A stretch of 64,000 bases of DNA from Candidatus Pyrohabitans jungbluthii (GTDB taxonomy: Archaea > Hydrothermarchaeota > Hydrothermarchaeia > Hydrothermarchaeales > BMS3B): assembly GCA_002010065.2 (NCBI GenBank), contig MTMD02000001.1:64001-128000 (forward strand). Reading direction: 5' to 3'. The notes under the pieces are model-generated. The model was not told where the DNA came from. It was given only the letters and a program-made list of their open reading frames with translations, and did not search any database. Every line of letters starts with the position of its first letter. Positions within the stretch are counted from its first letter, which is position 1. Shown piece after piece: positions 10,441 through 20,405 of the stretch. A program made the translations under genes and the position numbers.

Positions 10441-11352
10441 TCATCCCTTTTTAATAAGAAAAACTTTGCTGTCCCGCGAGGCGTCGACCACCTCATAGCC
10501 TGTGGCCTCGGCAAGGGCTCTCGCAAAGGCTTCTACCTCCTCATAGCTCGGCATATCCTCGCGTCTCAAGCGGCGCCGGGAGTAGCCAACGTGCACATAA
10601 CCTTTAGCTTCCACGAAATCAGGCTCCGCTCGCTCTATGAGCGGGACAAAGGCTTCAGGCGCCTCCAGGTTGTAACCGCGCACCAGGGTTATGCGTACAA
10701 CCTTCCTGCTTCTGCTCTGGGAGAATACCTCAAGACTGTGCATTAGGCGCTGCCATCCATCTCGAACTCGCGGAGCGTTAATCCTGCGGTAAAGCTCCTC
10801 ATTATAGGCAATAAGAGAGAGGTAGAGGCTGGTAGGGCGAACCTCTGCAATTCGCTCAGGGTTCATGCCGTTGGTCACAAGGAAGGTGGTCATTCCGCGT
10901 CGATGGAATGCTTCGATTAGCTCTCCTATGTACGGATAGTTCGTGGGTTCGCCAGCGAGGGAGATTGCCACGTGCTTGGGCGAGTAGGCTTCTTCCATCT
11001 CCTGCCTGGTGACACGCTCCCTCTCGCCCCAGTAGCCGCTGAGCAACGCGCGTTGAGCCTTAATCGCCTCCTCCACTATAAACTCTGGCTCGTCGTACTC
11101 GCCCTGCATCTCCGCGCCCAGAGTGTGCTCCACGGGGCGCCAGCAGAAGAGACAGGAGTGCTGGCACCACGCCACGCTGGGCGTCATCTGCAGACAGCGG
11201 TGCGAGGCTATGCCGTAAAACCTGGATTTATAGCAGGAACGCTTTCTGAGGAGGCGTTCTTTGGTCCAGTGGCATACCTTGACCGCAGAGTGCCTGCCCA
11301 CTATGCGATAGCTCTGCTTCTCCAGAATCGTCTTAACCTCAGGTGTCAGCAT
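10441..11352 (-). CDS. taw1: 4-demethylwyosine synthase (radical SAM)
   Basis: HSAVKVCHW, CYKSRFYGIASHRCLQMTP, CQHSCLFCWR and HVAISLAGEPT motifs. Confidence 0.95.
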   Translation of the reverse strand: MLTPEVKTILEKQSYRIVGRHSAVKVCHWTKERLLRKRSCYKSRFYGIASHRCLQMTPSVAWCQHSCLFCWRPVEHTLGAEMQGEYDEPEFIVEEAIKAQRALLSGYWGERERVTRQEMEEAYSPKHVAISLAGEPTNYPYIGELIEAFHRRGMTTFLVTNGMNPERIAEVRPTSLYLSLIAYNEELYRRINAPRVRDGWQRLMHSLEVFSQSRSRKVVRITLVRGYNLEAPEAFVPLIERAEPDFVEAKGYVHVGYSRRRLRREDMPSYEEVEAFARALAEATGYEVVDASRDSKVFLIKKG

Positions 11353-11396
11353 GATTTTTATACTTAAGGTTAACGTCTTAGCATAATGCGATACCC

Positions 11397-12320
11397 ATGA
11401 GCTTCGAGGAGATTGCAACAAGGGCGAGGAAAGCGCTGGTGATAGGCATTGGAGGGGGAGGCGACATAATAGGCTGCATCCCCACAGCGAGGTACCTCTC
11501 TTTCCTGGGCGTTGAGGTTATACTCGGCGGGCTCACCTGGGAGCGGAGGGTGGTGGACCCAAAGCCAGGACCCAGGCGTATAGATGAGCTGGAGAACTGC
11601 ACCCCCATCTGTACTGCCATGGCGCTGGCAAATTCTCGCACAAAAACGAGTTACGGTACCCCTCTTACGGAGAGCGTAGCTTCAGAGGTGCTTGGCGAAG
11701 AGGTAGTGCTTCTGGACATAAACGGCGGCGCTATAGCTACGGCTGAGGCGCTTCGCTGCGCCATTGAAAAGCTTGGAATAGATATGGTCGTGGGCATAGA
11801 CGTAGGAGGCGATTCCCTTGCAAAGGGGGATGAACGCGGAGTTCAGAGCCCTCTCGCGGATGGGATAATGCTCGCCGCACTGGCGAAGCTTCCCGTTCCA
11901 AGCCTTCTGGGGGTAATAGGCTACGGCAGCGACGGCGAGCTTACAATTGAGGAGCTTCACCGCAACGTGGCTGCGTTAATTGAAAAAGGCGCATTACTTG
12001 GGGCAAGGGGCGCCACGAGGGAAGACTTGGAGATTATGGAAAAAATAGCCTCTGCAACTGCCACAGAGGCTTCCAAGCTGGTAGTTGAGGCAGGGAAGGG
12101 GAGATACGGAGCGTATAAAATCAGAAAGGACTCGCGCAGCGTTTATCTCACACCCTGTGCGCTTGTAACCTTCTACTTCTCTTCCAAGCATGTGTTTGAG
12201 TTCAGCAGAATAGCTCAGCTAATCGCATACACAGAATCCCTAAAGGAGGCTGACGAAATTCTGAGAAGTCATGGTTACCTGACTGAGCTTTACTTTGAGG
12301 AGGGTGACGCAAAAATTTAA
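11397..12320 (+). CDS. DUF1152 family protein
   Basis: GIGGGGD, DVGGDSL and SPLAD motifs. Confidence 0.85.
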   Translation: MSFEEIATRARKALVIGIGGGGDIIGCIPTARYLSFLGVEVILGGLTWERRVVDPKPGPRRIDELENCTPICTAMALANSRTKTSYGTPLTESVASEVLGEEVVLLDINGGAIATAEALRCAIEKLGIDMVVGIDVGGDSLAKGDERGVQSPLADGIMLAALAKLPVPSLLGVIGYGSDGELTIEELHRNVAALIEKGALLGARGATREDLEIMEKIASATATEASKLVVEAGKGRYGAYKIRKDSRSVYLTPCALVTFYFSSKHVFEFSRIAQLIAYTESLKEADEILRSHGYLTELYFEEGDAKI

Positions 12321-12345
12321 TACCCGTAGCAACCTTCTAATTACT

Positions 12346-12495
12346 ATGAAGCGCGAGCTTGTGGGCATACTCACGAGGAGCGAGAATCAGCCTGCGCTCA
12401 AGGATGAAGAAGGCAAGATACGCTTAATTTACAACCTGTTCGACGGGCTAAGCGGAAAGAAGATTAGGGTTACAGTGGAGACCCTTGAAGACTAA
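12346..12495 (+). CDS. Small hypothetical protein (49 aa)
   Basis: ATG at 12346, MKRELVGILT...GKKIRVTVETLED. Fills the intergenic gap. Confidence 0.6.
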   Translation: MKRELVGILTRSENQPALKDEEGKIRLIYNLFDGLSGKKIRVTVETLED

Positions 12496-12860
12496 CCAGC
12501 GCCTCCACTGCGCGAGGCGCGGGCGCGAATGGCTTCCTGAATTTTCGCCTGAAGTTCCTTGAGGCGAGAGGTTACTTTCTCCTCCTGGCGCTTTAGCGTA
12601 TTTATCCTGAGCTCCAGCGTCTCCTTCCTGTCTTTGAGTTCCGCCTCTACCTTGCCCTTCTCACTCTTTATGAGCAGGTTGCCCACACTCTTGTAGACCT
12701 CGGCATCTTCGCCGAGCTTCTGCACCTCCTCCAGAGCGCGGGTAACCTCCTTGAGCTGGAGCTCAATCTGCAGCCTCTGCGTGGCTATTGCCTCAGCCTG
12801 CTGCTGAAGCTGCTGAAACTGGGCAAGCTGATGCTGAAGTTGTGGGGGTATCTGCTCCAT
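12492..12860 (-). CDS. pfdB: Prefoldin beta subunit
   Basis: QFQQLQQQ and VYKSVGNLLIK motifs; expected position in the exosome superoperon. Confidence 0.96.
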   Translation of the reverse strand: MEQIPPQLQHQLAQFQQLQQQAEAIATQRLQIELQLKEVTRALEEVQKLGEDAEVYKSVGNLLIKSEKGKVEAELKDRKETLELRINTLKRQEEKVTSRLKELQAKIQEAIRARASRSGGAG

Positions 12861-12863
12861 TTC

Positions 12864-13106
12864 TCAACCTCCGGTTAGCTGAATCGCAAGTTTGAGCCAG
12901 CGCATGAAAGATGAGAGCGAAGCTCTCAGAGATGCGGCGTCGCGAGCGCAAACCTCGAGTATTATCTTGCTGCCCTCTCTTTTAAAGGTTGCCCTGGCTC
13001 TATTCGATGGCGACGCACTCACCTCAGGCAGCACCGCTGCATGCACCACCTCTGCCTGAGCCTCTGTATCGAAGCTTATCTTAATCCTCGCCTCTCCCGA
13101 GCGCAT
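12864..13106 (-). CDS. pcc1: KEOPS complex subunit Pcc1
   Basis: ARDAASLRASLSSFMRWL motif and synteny. Confidence 0.9.
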   Translation of the reverse strand: MRSGEARIKISFDTEAQAEVVHAAVLPEVSASPSNRARATFKREGSKIILEVCARDAASLRASLSSFMRWLKLAIQLTGG

Positions 13107-13515
13107 CCTCAATCACCTTCTCCACGTTGAACTCCGGTCCATCTCGCAGCATAAGCGAGGTGCCGCGCTGCATTACGATGCCCTCTTCCACACCCAGAGC
13201 ATGAGCAAGCTTGGCGGCAAGCTCTCCCTGCGTAGAGTAGCCGTACCTGCGTTTAATCTCCCGCGTAAGCATCGCGCGGCTCAGCTTCAGAGCGAGCACG
13301 CGAGAGCGGGATCGGTAAACCTCAATAAGCGAAGGGTTCCCCCGCCTCTCCTTGATCATGACCAGGCGGTCTTCTTCGCTAGGTACGAGGGAGAAGATAT
13401 ACTCAAGGTTCGCCTTACCCCGCGTGAGATAAGCCGCACCAATAGCTTTGGCAACGTCTCTGCTAAAGCTGCGAGTGCGCGGCGATGGCTTGCGCGAGGT
13501 GGTAACTAATATCAT
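13081..13515 (-). CDS. Brix/IMP4-domain ribosome biogenesis protein
   Basis: MILVTTSRKPSPRTRSF...RGK motif. Confidence 0.9.
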   Translation of the reverse strand: MILVTTSRKPSPRTRSFSRDVAKAIGAAYLTRGKANLEYIFSLVPSEEDRLVMIKERRGNPSLIEVYRSRSRVLALKLSRAMLTREIKRRYGYSTQGELAAKLAHALGVEEGIVMQRGTSLMLRDGPEFNVEKVIEDALGRGED

Positions 13516-13517
13516 CC

Positions 13518-13649
13518 TCAGCGAGCTTTAACCCGCTTCACAACGCTTGAGCGAACCTTGAATAATATCTTATAGCCACAGAAGGGGCAGCGCACTGGCT
13601 CATCCTTCGCTAGCTCTACCTCGCGCTGACAGCTACCACAGCGGTACAT
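13518..13649 (-). CDS. rpoP: RNA polymerase subunit P (Rpo12)
   Basis: Not in the ORF track. Manual translation: MYRCGSCQREVELAKDEPVRCPFCGYKILFKVRSSVVKRVKAR. Confidence 0.95.
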   Translation of the reverse strand: MYRCGSCQREVELAKDEPVRCPFCGYKILFKVRSSVVKRVKAR

Positions 13650-13651
13650 GC

Positions 13652-13918
13652 TCACTCACCTGCCGCCTTCTTCACAGCGCGCTCCACTGTAAGCGCCGCC
13701 GCTGTCTGCGGAACATAGGCGCCACCAGTAAACTTTGCACCGCACTTTCGGCATGCCCATATCCCTGAAGCCACGCGCTTCACAGCGCGTCGCTGGCACA
13801 CTGGGCAGGTGTGGCGGAGCCGCTGCTTCCTGTCTATCTCAAGCCACTTCTTTCTCAAGCGCATTCCATAGCGGGGTCCAAATTTACCAGCAGACCCAAC
13901 TTTCTTTGTCCTTCCCAT
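13652..13918 (-). CDS. rpl37ae: 50S ribosomal protein L37Ae (eL43)
   Basis: TKKVGSAGKFGPRYG, a C4 zinc finger and GGAY. Confidence 0.97.
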   Translation of the reverse strand: MGRTKKVGSAGKFGPRYGMRLRKKWLEIDRKQRLRHTCPVCQRRAVKRVASGIWACRKCGAKFTGGAYVPQTAAALTVERAVKKAAGE

Positions 13919-13923
13919 GAGAA

Positions 13924-14718
13924 TCACCCGGGTATGTGCTTTCTGAGAAATTCCGCCTTCTCTCTCCCCCGCCTAACGATGTCAAGGATTTCCTCCTGAG
14001 TAAAGGTGCCACTCCCACCCTTCTGCATCGCCACTATTTCGCCGCGCTCGTTGTAGCCTATGGTGAGCCTAGCATCGAGCACCTCTTCCTCCTCAAGGCA
14101 GGGGTCTACCACTATGTGCCCGCCTATCTTCGCAAAGGTCACCTCCACCGGGGTGTCCACTATTGGAAGCTTCTCCTCCGTCTTGGTCTTGTAATCTATC
14201 CTGCCGTTCTCCTCCAGCTTCGGAAAGACCGCATTCTTCAGCGCGGCAATTGCTCCCAAGGTGCAGGCATCGAAGAGGTTGCCGTCGTAGTCAAGGGGGT
14301 GGAGGTCTATAAACACTATCCAGACAAGTTCTCCCTCCTTTATGCACAGCTTCTCCATGTCTATGCACTGGGACTCGCGTATTGCGCGGTCAACCACGCG
14401 TGCTAATTCAACTGTATCCTCGTCTGGCGGGCCACGCTCAAAGCTAGGGCTTGCCAGGGGTATAAGCTCAGCGTTGGTGGTGAGCACACCCGAGTCTGGC
14501 ATATCCGGGAAGGGCTCGCCTACCGCAAGTTTAACCCCAACCATTACCTGGGTCTTTCCAAGCTTCACCAAAGCCGAACCCTCAGCGCGCTGGTTTATGC
14601 CAACCTCAACGCTTAGCTCGCGATACTCGTCAAAAGCCCTGCCATCCACGCGCTTGCCGCTATTGAGAAGGTTGACAATGTGGTCCCGCTTAACGTCAGC
14701 GATAATCTCCTGTCGCAT
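13924..14718 (-). CDS. rrp42: Exosome subunit Rrp42
   Basis: RNase PH fold, RVDGRAFDEYR and ELARVVDRAIRES motifs. Confidence 0.96.
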   Translation of the reverse strand: MRQEIIADVKRDHIVNLLNSGKRVDGRAFDEYRELSVEVGINQRAEGSALVKLGKTQVMVGVKLAVGEPFPDMPDSGVLTTNAELIPLASPSFERGPPDEDTVELARVVDRAIRESQCIDMEKLCIKEGELVWIVFIDLHPLDYDGNLFDACTLGAIAALKNAVFPKLEENGRIDYKTKTEEKLPIVDTPVEVTFAKIGGHIVVDPCLEEEEVLDARLTIGYNERGEIVAMQKGGSGTFTQEEILDIVRRGREKAEFLRKHIPG

Positions 14719-15440
14719 TACTCGCTACCTCCATATCTCTTTCTCAGTGCTTCCTTCTGCTTCTCGTAAACCTGCATGCAGCCCTTAACCGCCAGCTTAA
14801 AAGCCTGCTCAAACTCTTCCTGGGTTAAGTTGCCGTCCATCTGAAGCAGGCTCACCTCGCCAGTGCGTGGCACTATAGCTACTGGCAAATCAGCCTCACC
14901 GTAGTTATCCTCGATGTCAAAGAGGTCAAGCACTATGTGTCCACCCACCTTGCCTGCGGCGCACGCTGGCACGAGGTCTTTCATGGGTATTCCCGCATCG
15001 GCTAAAGCAACGCTTGCGGCGGTTATGCCAGCGCACCTAGTGCCTGCCTGCGCTTGAAGGATTTCTATGAACACATCTATGGCAGTCATGGGATAGAGGT
15101 GGGTGAAGACCACGCTCTCCAGAGCCTGCCTTGTCACCTTTGAAATCTCCATGCTTCGCCTATCCGGACCAGGGCGCTTGCGCTCGTAAACTGAGAAGGG
15201 AGCCATGCTGTAGTATGTGCGCAGCACTGCTCGCTGAGGGTTTGCCTCGTGGCGGGGGTGAATCTCTCTCGGACCGTAGCATGCCGCAAGTACCTTATTT
15301 CCACCCCACTCAACATAAGCTGAGCCATCTGCGCGCTTGAGCACGCCCGCCTCGATCTTCAAAGGTCTCAGCTCATCAACGCGCCTTCCATCCAGGCGCC
15401 TTCCATCTATAATAAACTCTTCTGGTTCACCTACCTTCAT
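14718..15440 (-). CDS. rrp41: Exosome subunit Rrp41
   Basis: [19 protein letters not shown] and RRSMEISKV motifs. Confidence 0.96.
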   Translation of the reverse strand: MKVGEPEEFIIDGRRLDGRRVDELRPLKIEAGVLKRADGSAYVEWGGNKVLAACYGPREIHPRHEANPQRAVLRTYYSMAPFSVYERKRPGPDRRSMEISKVTRQALESVVFTHLYPMTAIDVFIEILQAQAGTRCAGITAASVALADAGIPMKDLVPACAAGKVGGHIVLDLFDIEDNYGEADLPVAIVPRTGEVSLLQMDGNLTQEEFEQAFKLAVKGCMQVYEKQKEALRKRYGGSE

Positions 15441-16110
15441 ACTTTTCCCTCTCTCTAACAATCATCTCTTTTATCCTGTCGGTTAAGCCTGAGGTGTGAG
15501 CCTCTGCTTCAATCTTCTTCACAGCGCGCTCCACAAGGTCTGCGATCTCCGGCTTAGCCTTTATCCACACCAAGCCATTCTGCCCAACAAGCATCCTGCA
15601 CCCCGTCTCTTTAACTATCATAGAAATCATGGAGCGCTTTCTTCCTATCACGCGAGGCACCTTCGCTGGGGAAATCTCCACCAAGCGACCACCCTTAATT
15701 ACACGGCAACCACGCTGGCGCATAGTGATGTAAATCCTCCTGTGAGGCGTAACCTCGCGCACGTAGGCGTAGATCACTGTACCTGGGCTCATCACCTGGC
15801 GCAGGGGGGTACGGAAGGGGTCAACCTCGCGGTAGTAGTCGCTGGCGTTGAGTATAGCTGAGTATGGGCAGTTTATGTCCACCTCCCATGCGGTCTCGTA
15901 GACGGTGCCCACCACTGTGCCTATTACAAAGTCCCCAACCTTGGGGTAGTACCTTCCCGTGAGGGGGATAACCCTAACCTTTCCCTTTGTGGTATCCAGA
16001 AGTCCAAGAACTGAAGCATAAACCCTGTCGCCGTCGCGATAAACGCCTTCGCCGACCTTCACCTTACCCTGTGCAACTTCTTCACCTGGTATCACAAGCT
16101 TTCTTTCCAT
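15427..16110 (-). CDS. rrp4: Exosome RNA-binding subunit Rrp4
   Basis: S1 plus KH domains; KVPRVIG motif. Confidence 0.95.
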   Translation of the reverse strand: MERKLVIPGEEVAQGKVKVGEGVYRDGDRVYASVLGLLDTTKGKVRVIPLTGRYYPKVGDFVIGTVVGTVYETAWEVDINCPYSAILNASDYYREVDPFRTPLRQVMSPGTVIYAYVREVTPHRRIYITMRQRGCRVIKGGRLVEISPAKVPRVIGRKRSMISMIVKETGCRMLVGQNGLVWIKAKPEIADLVERAVKKIEAEAHTSGLTDRIKEMIVREREKYEGR

Positions 16111-16119
16111 GCGCAGACC

Positions 16120-16812
16120 TCACAACATCCTCGTCTCAAAATCGCCCTTTGTAAGCGCGTTTAGTTCACGGAAAAGCTCGTCCACTGCGCCAGCGGGGAG
16201 CTTCATCACAAACGCCCATGAGCCGTCCTTCAGCCACTCCTCCTTCTCGGGCTTGCCAAATTTTATAACAACTGGATAAGCCTTTGCAGCGTAATTCGCA
16301 GGGATCTTTACGGCGAACCTACGCTCCTCAAATTTTATGGGAAGCAAGGGGCGGAGAGCCTTTATTATCGCAGGTATCTGCTCTTCAGCGCTCTTGTGGA
16401 TGTCTATGTTCACCCTCGCCTCTTCCAGCGCCTTCTCAATACGCTGGGGCGGGTGAGGTGTGCCCGTCTGCGGGTTTATCGCATGCCTAGCGATGTAGTT
16501 AACTATCTGCCTGCGCCGCTGCTCCTGCATCTTCCTGCGCTGCTCTGTGGTAAGCTGAATCTCGCCCTTCCTTATAATCTTACGCACAGCTTCCTCAAAG
16601 GAGTTCACCTGCAGCAGCTTAAGCGCATGCTCCAGCGAAGCCTTATCCCCGCGTCTGGCATCCTTAAAAATGGTGTCCACTGCTAAGAGCTTCTCAAAGT
16701 CCACGTCCTTACCCTGCTTCACCTCAAGGGCGAGATCAGGATCAACCAGAATCTCAAAACGCTCGCCCCTCGTCTCGAGGCGAGCTATCACCGCCTCATC
16801 GAGGCTGACCAT
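16120..16812 (-). CDS. Ribosome maturation factor SBDS/Sdo1
   Basis: [10 protein letters not shown] and [14 protein letters not shown] motifs. Confidence 0.95.
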   Translation of the reverse strand: MVSLDEAVIARLETRGERFEILVDPDLALEVKQGKDVDFEKLLAVDTIFKDARRGDKASLEHALKLLQVNSFEEAVRKIIRKGEIQLTTEQRRKMQEQRRRQIVNYIARHAINPQTGTPHPPQRIEKALEEARVNIDIHKSAEEQIPAIIKALRPLLPIKFEERRFAVKIPANYAAKAYPVVIKFGKPEKEEWLKDGSWAFVMKLPAGAVDELFRELNALTKGDFETRML

Positions 16813-16817
16813 TGGCG

Positions 16818-17561
16818 TTACTCCTCTTCTTCCTTCTCTGTCTTCTTAGGTACCTTCTCTATGTACGCCTTAACCTCCTGAGGGGTGAACTTCCTGAATT
16901 CATGCGTTGAAAGCTCAACCACAGCCATGTCAATGGATGTCTCACTCATCTTACCATCGGTGACCTCATTCATTATCTTGAGTGCAAGGTCTATCGCCTC
17001 ATCCTTCGTTAAATCATCGCGGTACTCGTTCTCAAATATCTCCATCGCCGTGCTCCTGCCGGCGCCTATCGCCGTTGCCTTGTACTCAATCAGCGCTCCA
17101 CTTGGGTCTGTCTCAAAGAGGCGCGGGGCTTCGTTCACGCCTGCGATGAGCAGGGCGATACCAAAGGGTCTAACCCCTCCGTGTTGGGTGTAAAGTTGCT
17201 TGAAGTCGCATATCTTCTTGGCGAGCAGCTCCACATCTATGGGCTCGCCATAGGTTATGCGATGCACCTGGCATTCAACGCGTGCCCTGTCAACAAGAAC
17301 ACGCGCATCGGCAACCAAACCAGAGGTTGCGGCGGCGATGTTATCATCAATCTGAAAAATCTTCTCTATACTCCTCGCCTCCACGAGCTTGGAGGTAATG
17401 CGCTTATCCACAGCAAGGAGAACGCCGTCGCTGTACCTTATTCCCAGCGAGGTGGTGCCACGCTTCACCGCCTCCCTCGCATACTCTACCTGAAATAGCC
17501 TTCCGTCAGGGCTGAACACAGTGATAGCCCTGTCATAACCCATGCTCGGCATTGGTTGCAT
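16818..17561 (-). CDS. psmA: Proteasome alpha subunit
   Basis: [28 protein letters not shown] motif. Confidence 0.98.
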   Translation of the reverse strand: MQPMPSMGYDRAITVFSPDGRLFQVEYAREAVKRGTTSLGIRYSDGVLLAVDKRITSKLVEARSIEKIFQIDDNIAAATSGLVADARVLVDRARVECQVHRITYGEPIDVELLAKKICDFKQLYTQHGGVRPFGIALLIAGVNEAPRLFETDPSGALIEYKATAIGAGRSTAMEIFENEYRDDLTKDEAIDLALKIMNEVTDGKMSETSIDMAVVELSTHEFRKFTPQEVKAYIEKVPKKTEKEEEE

Positions 17562-18084
17562 CTTCTTCACCTCTCAAATCACTTTTTGTGACCCCGATAA
17601 ACCTCATCTTCTGAAACTTTAACCTCTCAATGAGCTCCTCATCACGAGGCAGGGCATCAACCCTTTCTCCACTTTCCCTAACAACTACAAACTCCTTGCC
17701 CTTAAACTTTACTGTCCTCTCAGAATTTATAAAGTGTCTCCTCCTATTTAAAAACTTCCTCTTGAGCGCCTTCACTGTACCGCTCACGCCCAGGCTGCGA
17801 AGGTGGACGCGGTCTCCCGAGATTTCCCCCACCAGACTGAGGGCGGCGATCACGTTAGCCACGCTGCGGTGGGAGCATACCACAAAGCCTTCCTGCGTGG
17901 CCTCGTCGAAGTCCAGCACAAAGAGGTTAAACTCCGCCACCTTGGTTTCGCCGAAGAGGGCGAGCGCTGAACTTACTATTGCTCTGGCCACTTCCTCCCT
18001 GCTGAAGGGGCGGTCGCTCTCCACGCAGAAGGCGACGTAGCGCTTTCTCTCCCTAAGCGCAGGTGGCAAGGCTTTAATCTTCAA
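17533..18084 (-). CDS. rnp2: RNase P protein component 2 (Pop5/Rpp14) with a C-terminal extension
   Basis: LPPALRERKRYVAF and GVSGTVKAL motifs. Confidence 0.9.
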   Translation of the reverse strand: MKIKALPPALRERKRYVAFCVESDRPFSREEVARAIVSSALALFGETKVAEFNLFVLDFDEATQEGFVVCSHRSVANVIAALSLVGEISGDRVHLRSLGVSGTVKALKRKFLNRRRHFINSERTVKFKGKEFVVVRESGERVDALPRDEELIERLKFQKMRFIGVTKSDLRGEEDATNAEHGL

Positions 18085-18733
18085 CCAACCTCACCCCCTG
18101 CGCAATCTCGCGCTTCGCCAGCTTTTTCTTTTCCAGTATCTCCTCGGGCACCTCCTCAAGGGCGCGCCTCGCCTCTTCGCGGGTGAAGCCTATGCTCAGA
18201 AGCACCGCCTCCGCTTCCTTTGTGCTCCTGAGCCCATACCTGCTTTTAGCTCCTGAAGTTACCACAATATTGAAGTCGTACTTTCTGCTCAGCAGGAGTA
18301 TTCTGTGCACCTTCTGGAGGTGCCTTACCCTCGCAACACCCCTGGCTGCGATTATGCTGCTGAGATCAACCTCAATCGCCACGTGGTTCTGCGCCGCCTG
18401 CCTTGCAATCACAGCATCTACACCCGAGTCACGCCTTCCAAGGTAGGGATGAGCCAATATATCGACACGCGAATCACGAGTGGCAGCGCGATTGATCGCT
18501 GCCTCGCCACCGTGCACCACCACGTAGTCGAAGTTTCGCCAGCTGGTGCGGAGCGCCTTAATCAGAGCACGCTTACTATCCGCCTTTATCTCCACGCCTG
18601 AGAGAGCGTTGTCATAAGCTATGCCATCGCAGAGTCCCAGCCTTATCCCCAGGGTACGTGCCTCTTCAAGCAGCCTCGCAGGAGAGTCAACGCCTTTGGA
18701 ATTCAGTGAATGAACGCGCAGGTCTATGAACAT
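18074..18733 (-). CDS. rnp3: RNase P protein component 3 (Rpp30)
   Basis: PHP-like fold, VDILAHP motif and synteny. Confidence 0.9.
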   Translation of the reverse strand: MFIDLRVHSLNSKGVDSPARLLEEARTLGIRLGLCDGIAYDNALSGVEIKADSKRALIKALRTSWRNFDYVVVHGGEAAINRAATRDSRVDILAHPYLGRRDSGVDAVIARQAAQNHVAIEVDLSSIIAARGVARVRHLQKVHRILLLSRKYDFNIVVTSGAKSRYGLRSTKEAEAVLLSIGFTREEARRALEEVPEEILEKKKLAKREIAQGVRLVED

Positions 18734-18735
18734 CC

Positions 18736-19155
18736 TCACCGCCCGAGAAGTTTTTTAATCCCCTCCTTTATCTCGTCTTCGTTGTAGGGGTAGCTTGTAA
18801 CCACAAGCACAACCTGAAGCCCCTGCCCAAGGCGCAGCTTGCCAAGATATGCCTGCATCTTGTCCAGGCGAATGTAGAACCTGCCCTGCTCAAAGCGCTG
18901 CTCCACCTCTTCGCGCAGCCTCTTAAGCTCCTCCTCAGGTAGAGCTTCTGTTAGCCTCTTCAGAAAGGCGCGAATCTCGCGCTGCCTCGTTAGTTCTGCT
19001 TCCAGAATAGCTATGGGGTTGCCAAACTGACCCCTCGCGTGGCTCTGCTTAACCTCCACCTCTATGGGAAAAATGTTGGTGAGGGCAAGCTTTACCCTCT
19101 CCACCTCTTCGGTTGCGTGGGCGAAGCAGCTTGCCTTAACGCTGAGTACCCTCAT
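18736..19155 (-). CDS. Predicted RNA-binding protein (DUF54/COG1325)
   Basis: HATEE.ERV, GQFGNPI and FYIRLDK motifs. Confidence 0.88.
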   Translation of the reverse strand: MRVLSVKASCFAHATEEVERVKLALTNIFPIEVEVKQSHARGQFGNPIAILEAELTRQREIRAFLKRLTEALPEEELKRLREEVEQRFEQGRFYIRLDKMQAYLGKLRLGQGLQVVLVVTSYPYNEDEIKEGIKKLLGR

Positions 19156-19739
19156 CACTTTCCTTTGCGCTGATGCGCCCTTATGCTGGGTCTGACCTTC
19201 TCAGCACCCTTACCTTTATTCCTCAGACCGCGGGAACGCTTGCCAGCGCTTGTAAGCCCGCGGAACACTCGCCCGCGGTGAGCCTTGCCAGCGATCCAGC
19301 ATAGCTCTTTATCATTGCGCACCGCCGGGTGGTGGGGGTCGACCATGATTACCTCAAAATACTCATACTTTCCGTCCTTACCAACCCAGTAGGAGTTGAG
19401 CACCTCCAGGTTTGGATACCTGCGCTGGGCACGTTCTTCCGCTAACCACTGCAATGACTTTTTAGGGGTGTACTTCACCACACCCATTCGCTTTGGCCTA
19501 CGTCCGGCGTTGGGGCGCTCCTTCCTGCGCCCGCCTTTGCGAATCCTAGCGCGAACAACAATTATACCCTGCTTTGCCTTGTAGCCCAGCGCCCTCGCGC
19601 GGTCTAAGCGAAGAGGCGCTGGAACACGCACCACGCTCGCGCCATGGTGCCACTCTGGCAACCGCTGGCGCATTAGCTGGTGAACATAACTTTCACTGGG
19701 TCTCTTCCACGCCTGCGCTATGTACTTGTATGCACCCAT
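19155..19739 (-). CDS. rpl15e: 50S ribosomal protein L15e
   Basis: [18 protein letters not shown] and RGLTSAG motifs. Confidence 0.98.
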   Translation of the reverse strand: MGAYKYIAQAWKRPSESYVHQLMRQRLPEWHHGASVVRVPAPLRLDRARALGYKAKQGIIVVRARIRKGGRRKERPNAGRRPKRMGVVKYTPKKSLQWLAEERAQRRYPNLEVLNSYWVGKDGKYEYFEVIMVDPHHPAVRNDKELCWIAGKAHRGRVFRGLTSAGKRSRGLRNKGKGAEKVRPSIRAHQRKGK

Positions 19740-19988
19740 TTTTTTCACCTTCAGAATTAGAGGATAAAAATCCGAGTCTTTCTAAACTGATGCGGTACCG
19801 TATATAAAGATTATTGAGAGGTGGAGATTGCTGTGATGAGGGTATGAGAATGAAAATATTAAATGGTTTTGGGAGCGGCATTGATGTTCTAACCAAAAAT
19901 CTCCCAATAAAGCGACCTTAGGTGCACTGATAGATAATAGATGGCTAAGATTAATTGAGAGGACTGCAGAGAACAGAACGGTTACAGA

Positions 19989-20275
19989 TTACCTCTCTGG
20001 TTTTATTTTTGTCGACAAGGATATGGTGATGGTTTTTTGTTTATTTCCCTCTCCACCTAAGTTAAATATCCCTATATTTAGCCCACCAGAACCGCTGACT
20101 GTAACAGAGCCCCTAATCTCTATGGTTACATCACTTTCAGTTTCAATGCTTGCTTTAATTTCCTTGTTTATTGAGTCTAGAATTTCTCTAAGTTCAACTG
20201 TATTTTTGGTGGTTCTTTTACTTCTTTTCGAATTTCGGAAAAATCGATCGGACCAGTTGCAACATACATTTTCAT
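19989..20275 (-). pseudogene. Frameshifted ~95-aa gene, possibly Trypco2/Pepco-like
   Basis: GGGGGT RBS plus ATG (MKMYVATGPIDFSEIRKEVKEPPK) in one frame. The adjacent frame has no start and reads NTVELREILDSINKEI...VTIEIRGSVTVSGSGGLNIGIFNLGGEG...ITISLSTKIKPER*. Confidence 0.5.
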
Positions 20276-20405
20276 ATACTTACCCCCTATATAGTTTCGT
20301 TAGATTTGGAATATTATTTATACTTATTGTCTATACTTTACTGTTTGTAGTATCCCACCACGTCACATTGAAAACAAATAAATACCCAGCGGGAAAGGAA
20401 TTACC

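Noticed and set aside
17533-17760. Pop5 C-terminal extension as a novel fusion
   Set aside because: I recall similar extensions in other euryarchaeal Pop5 proteins, so it is not distinctive.
19830-19900. C/D box sRNA starting at GTGATGA near nop5
   Set aside because: No CTGA box D at the expected distance and no convincing C'/D' boxes.
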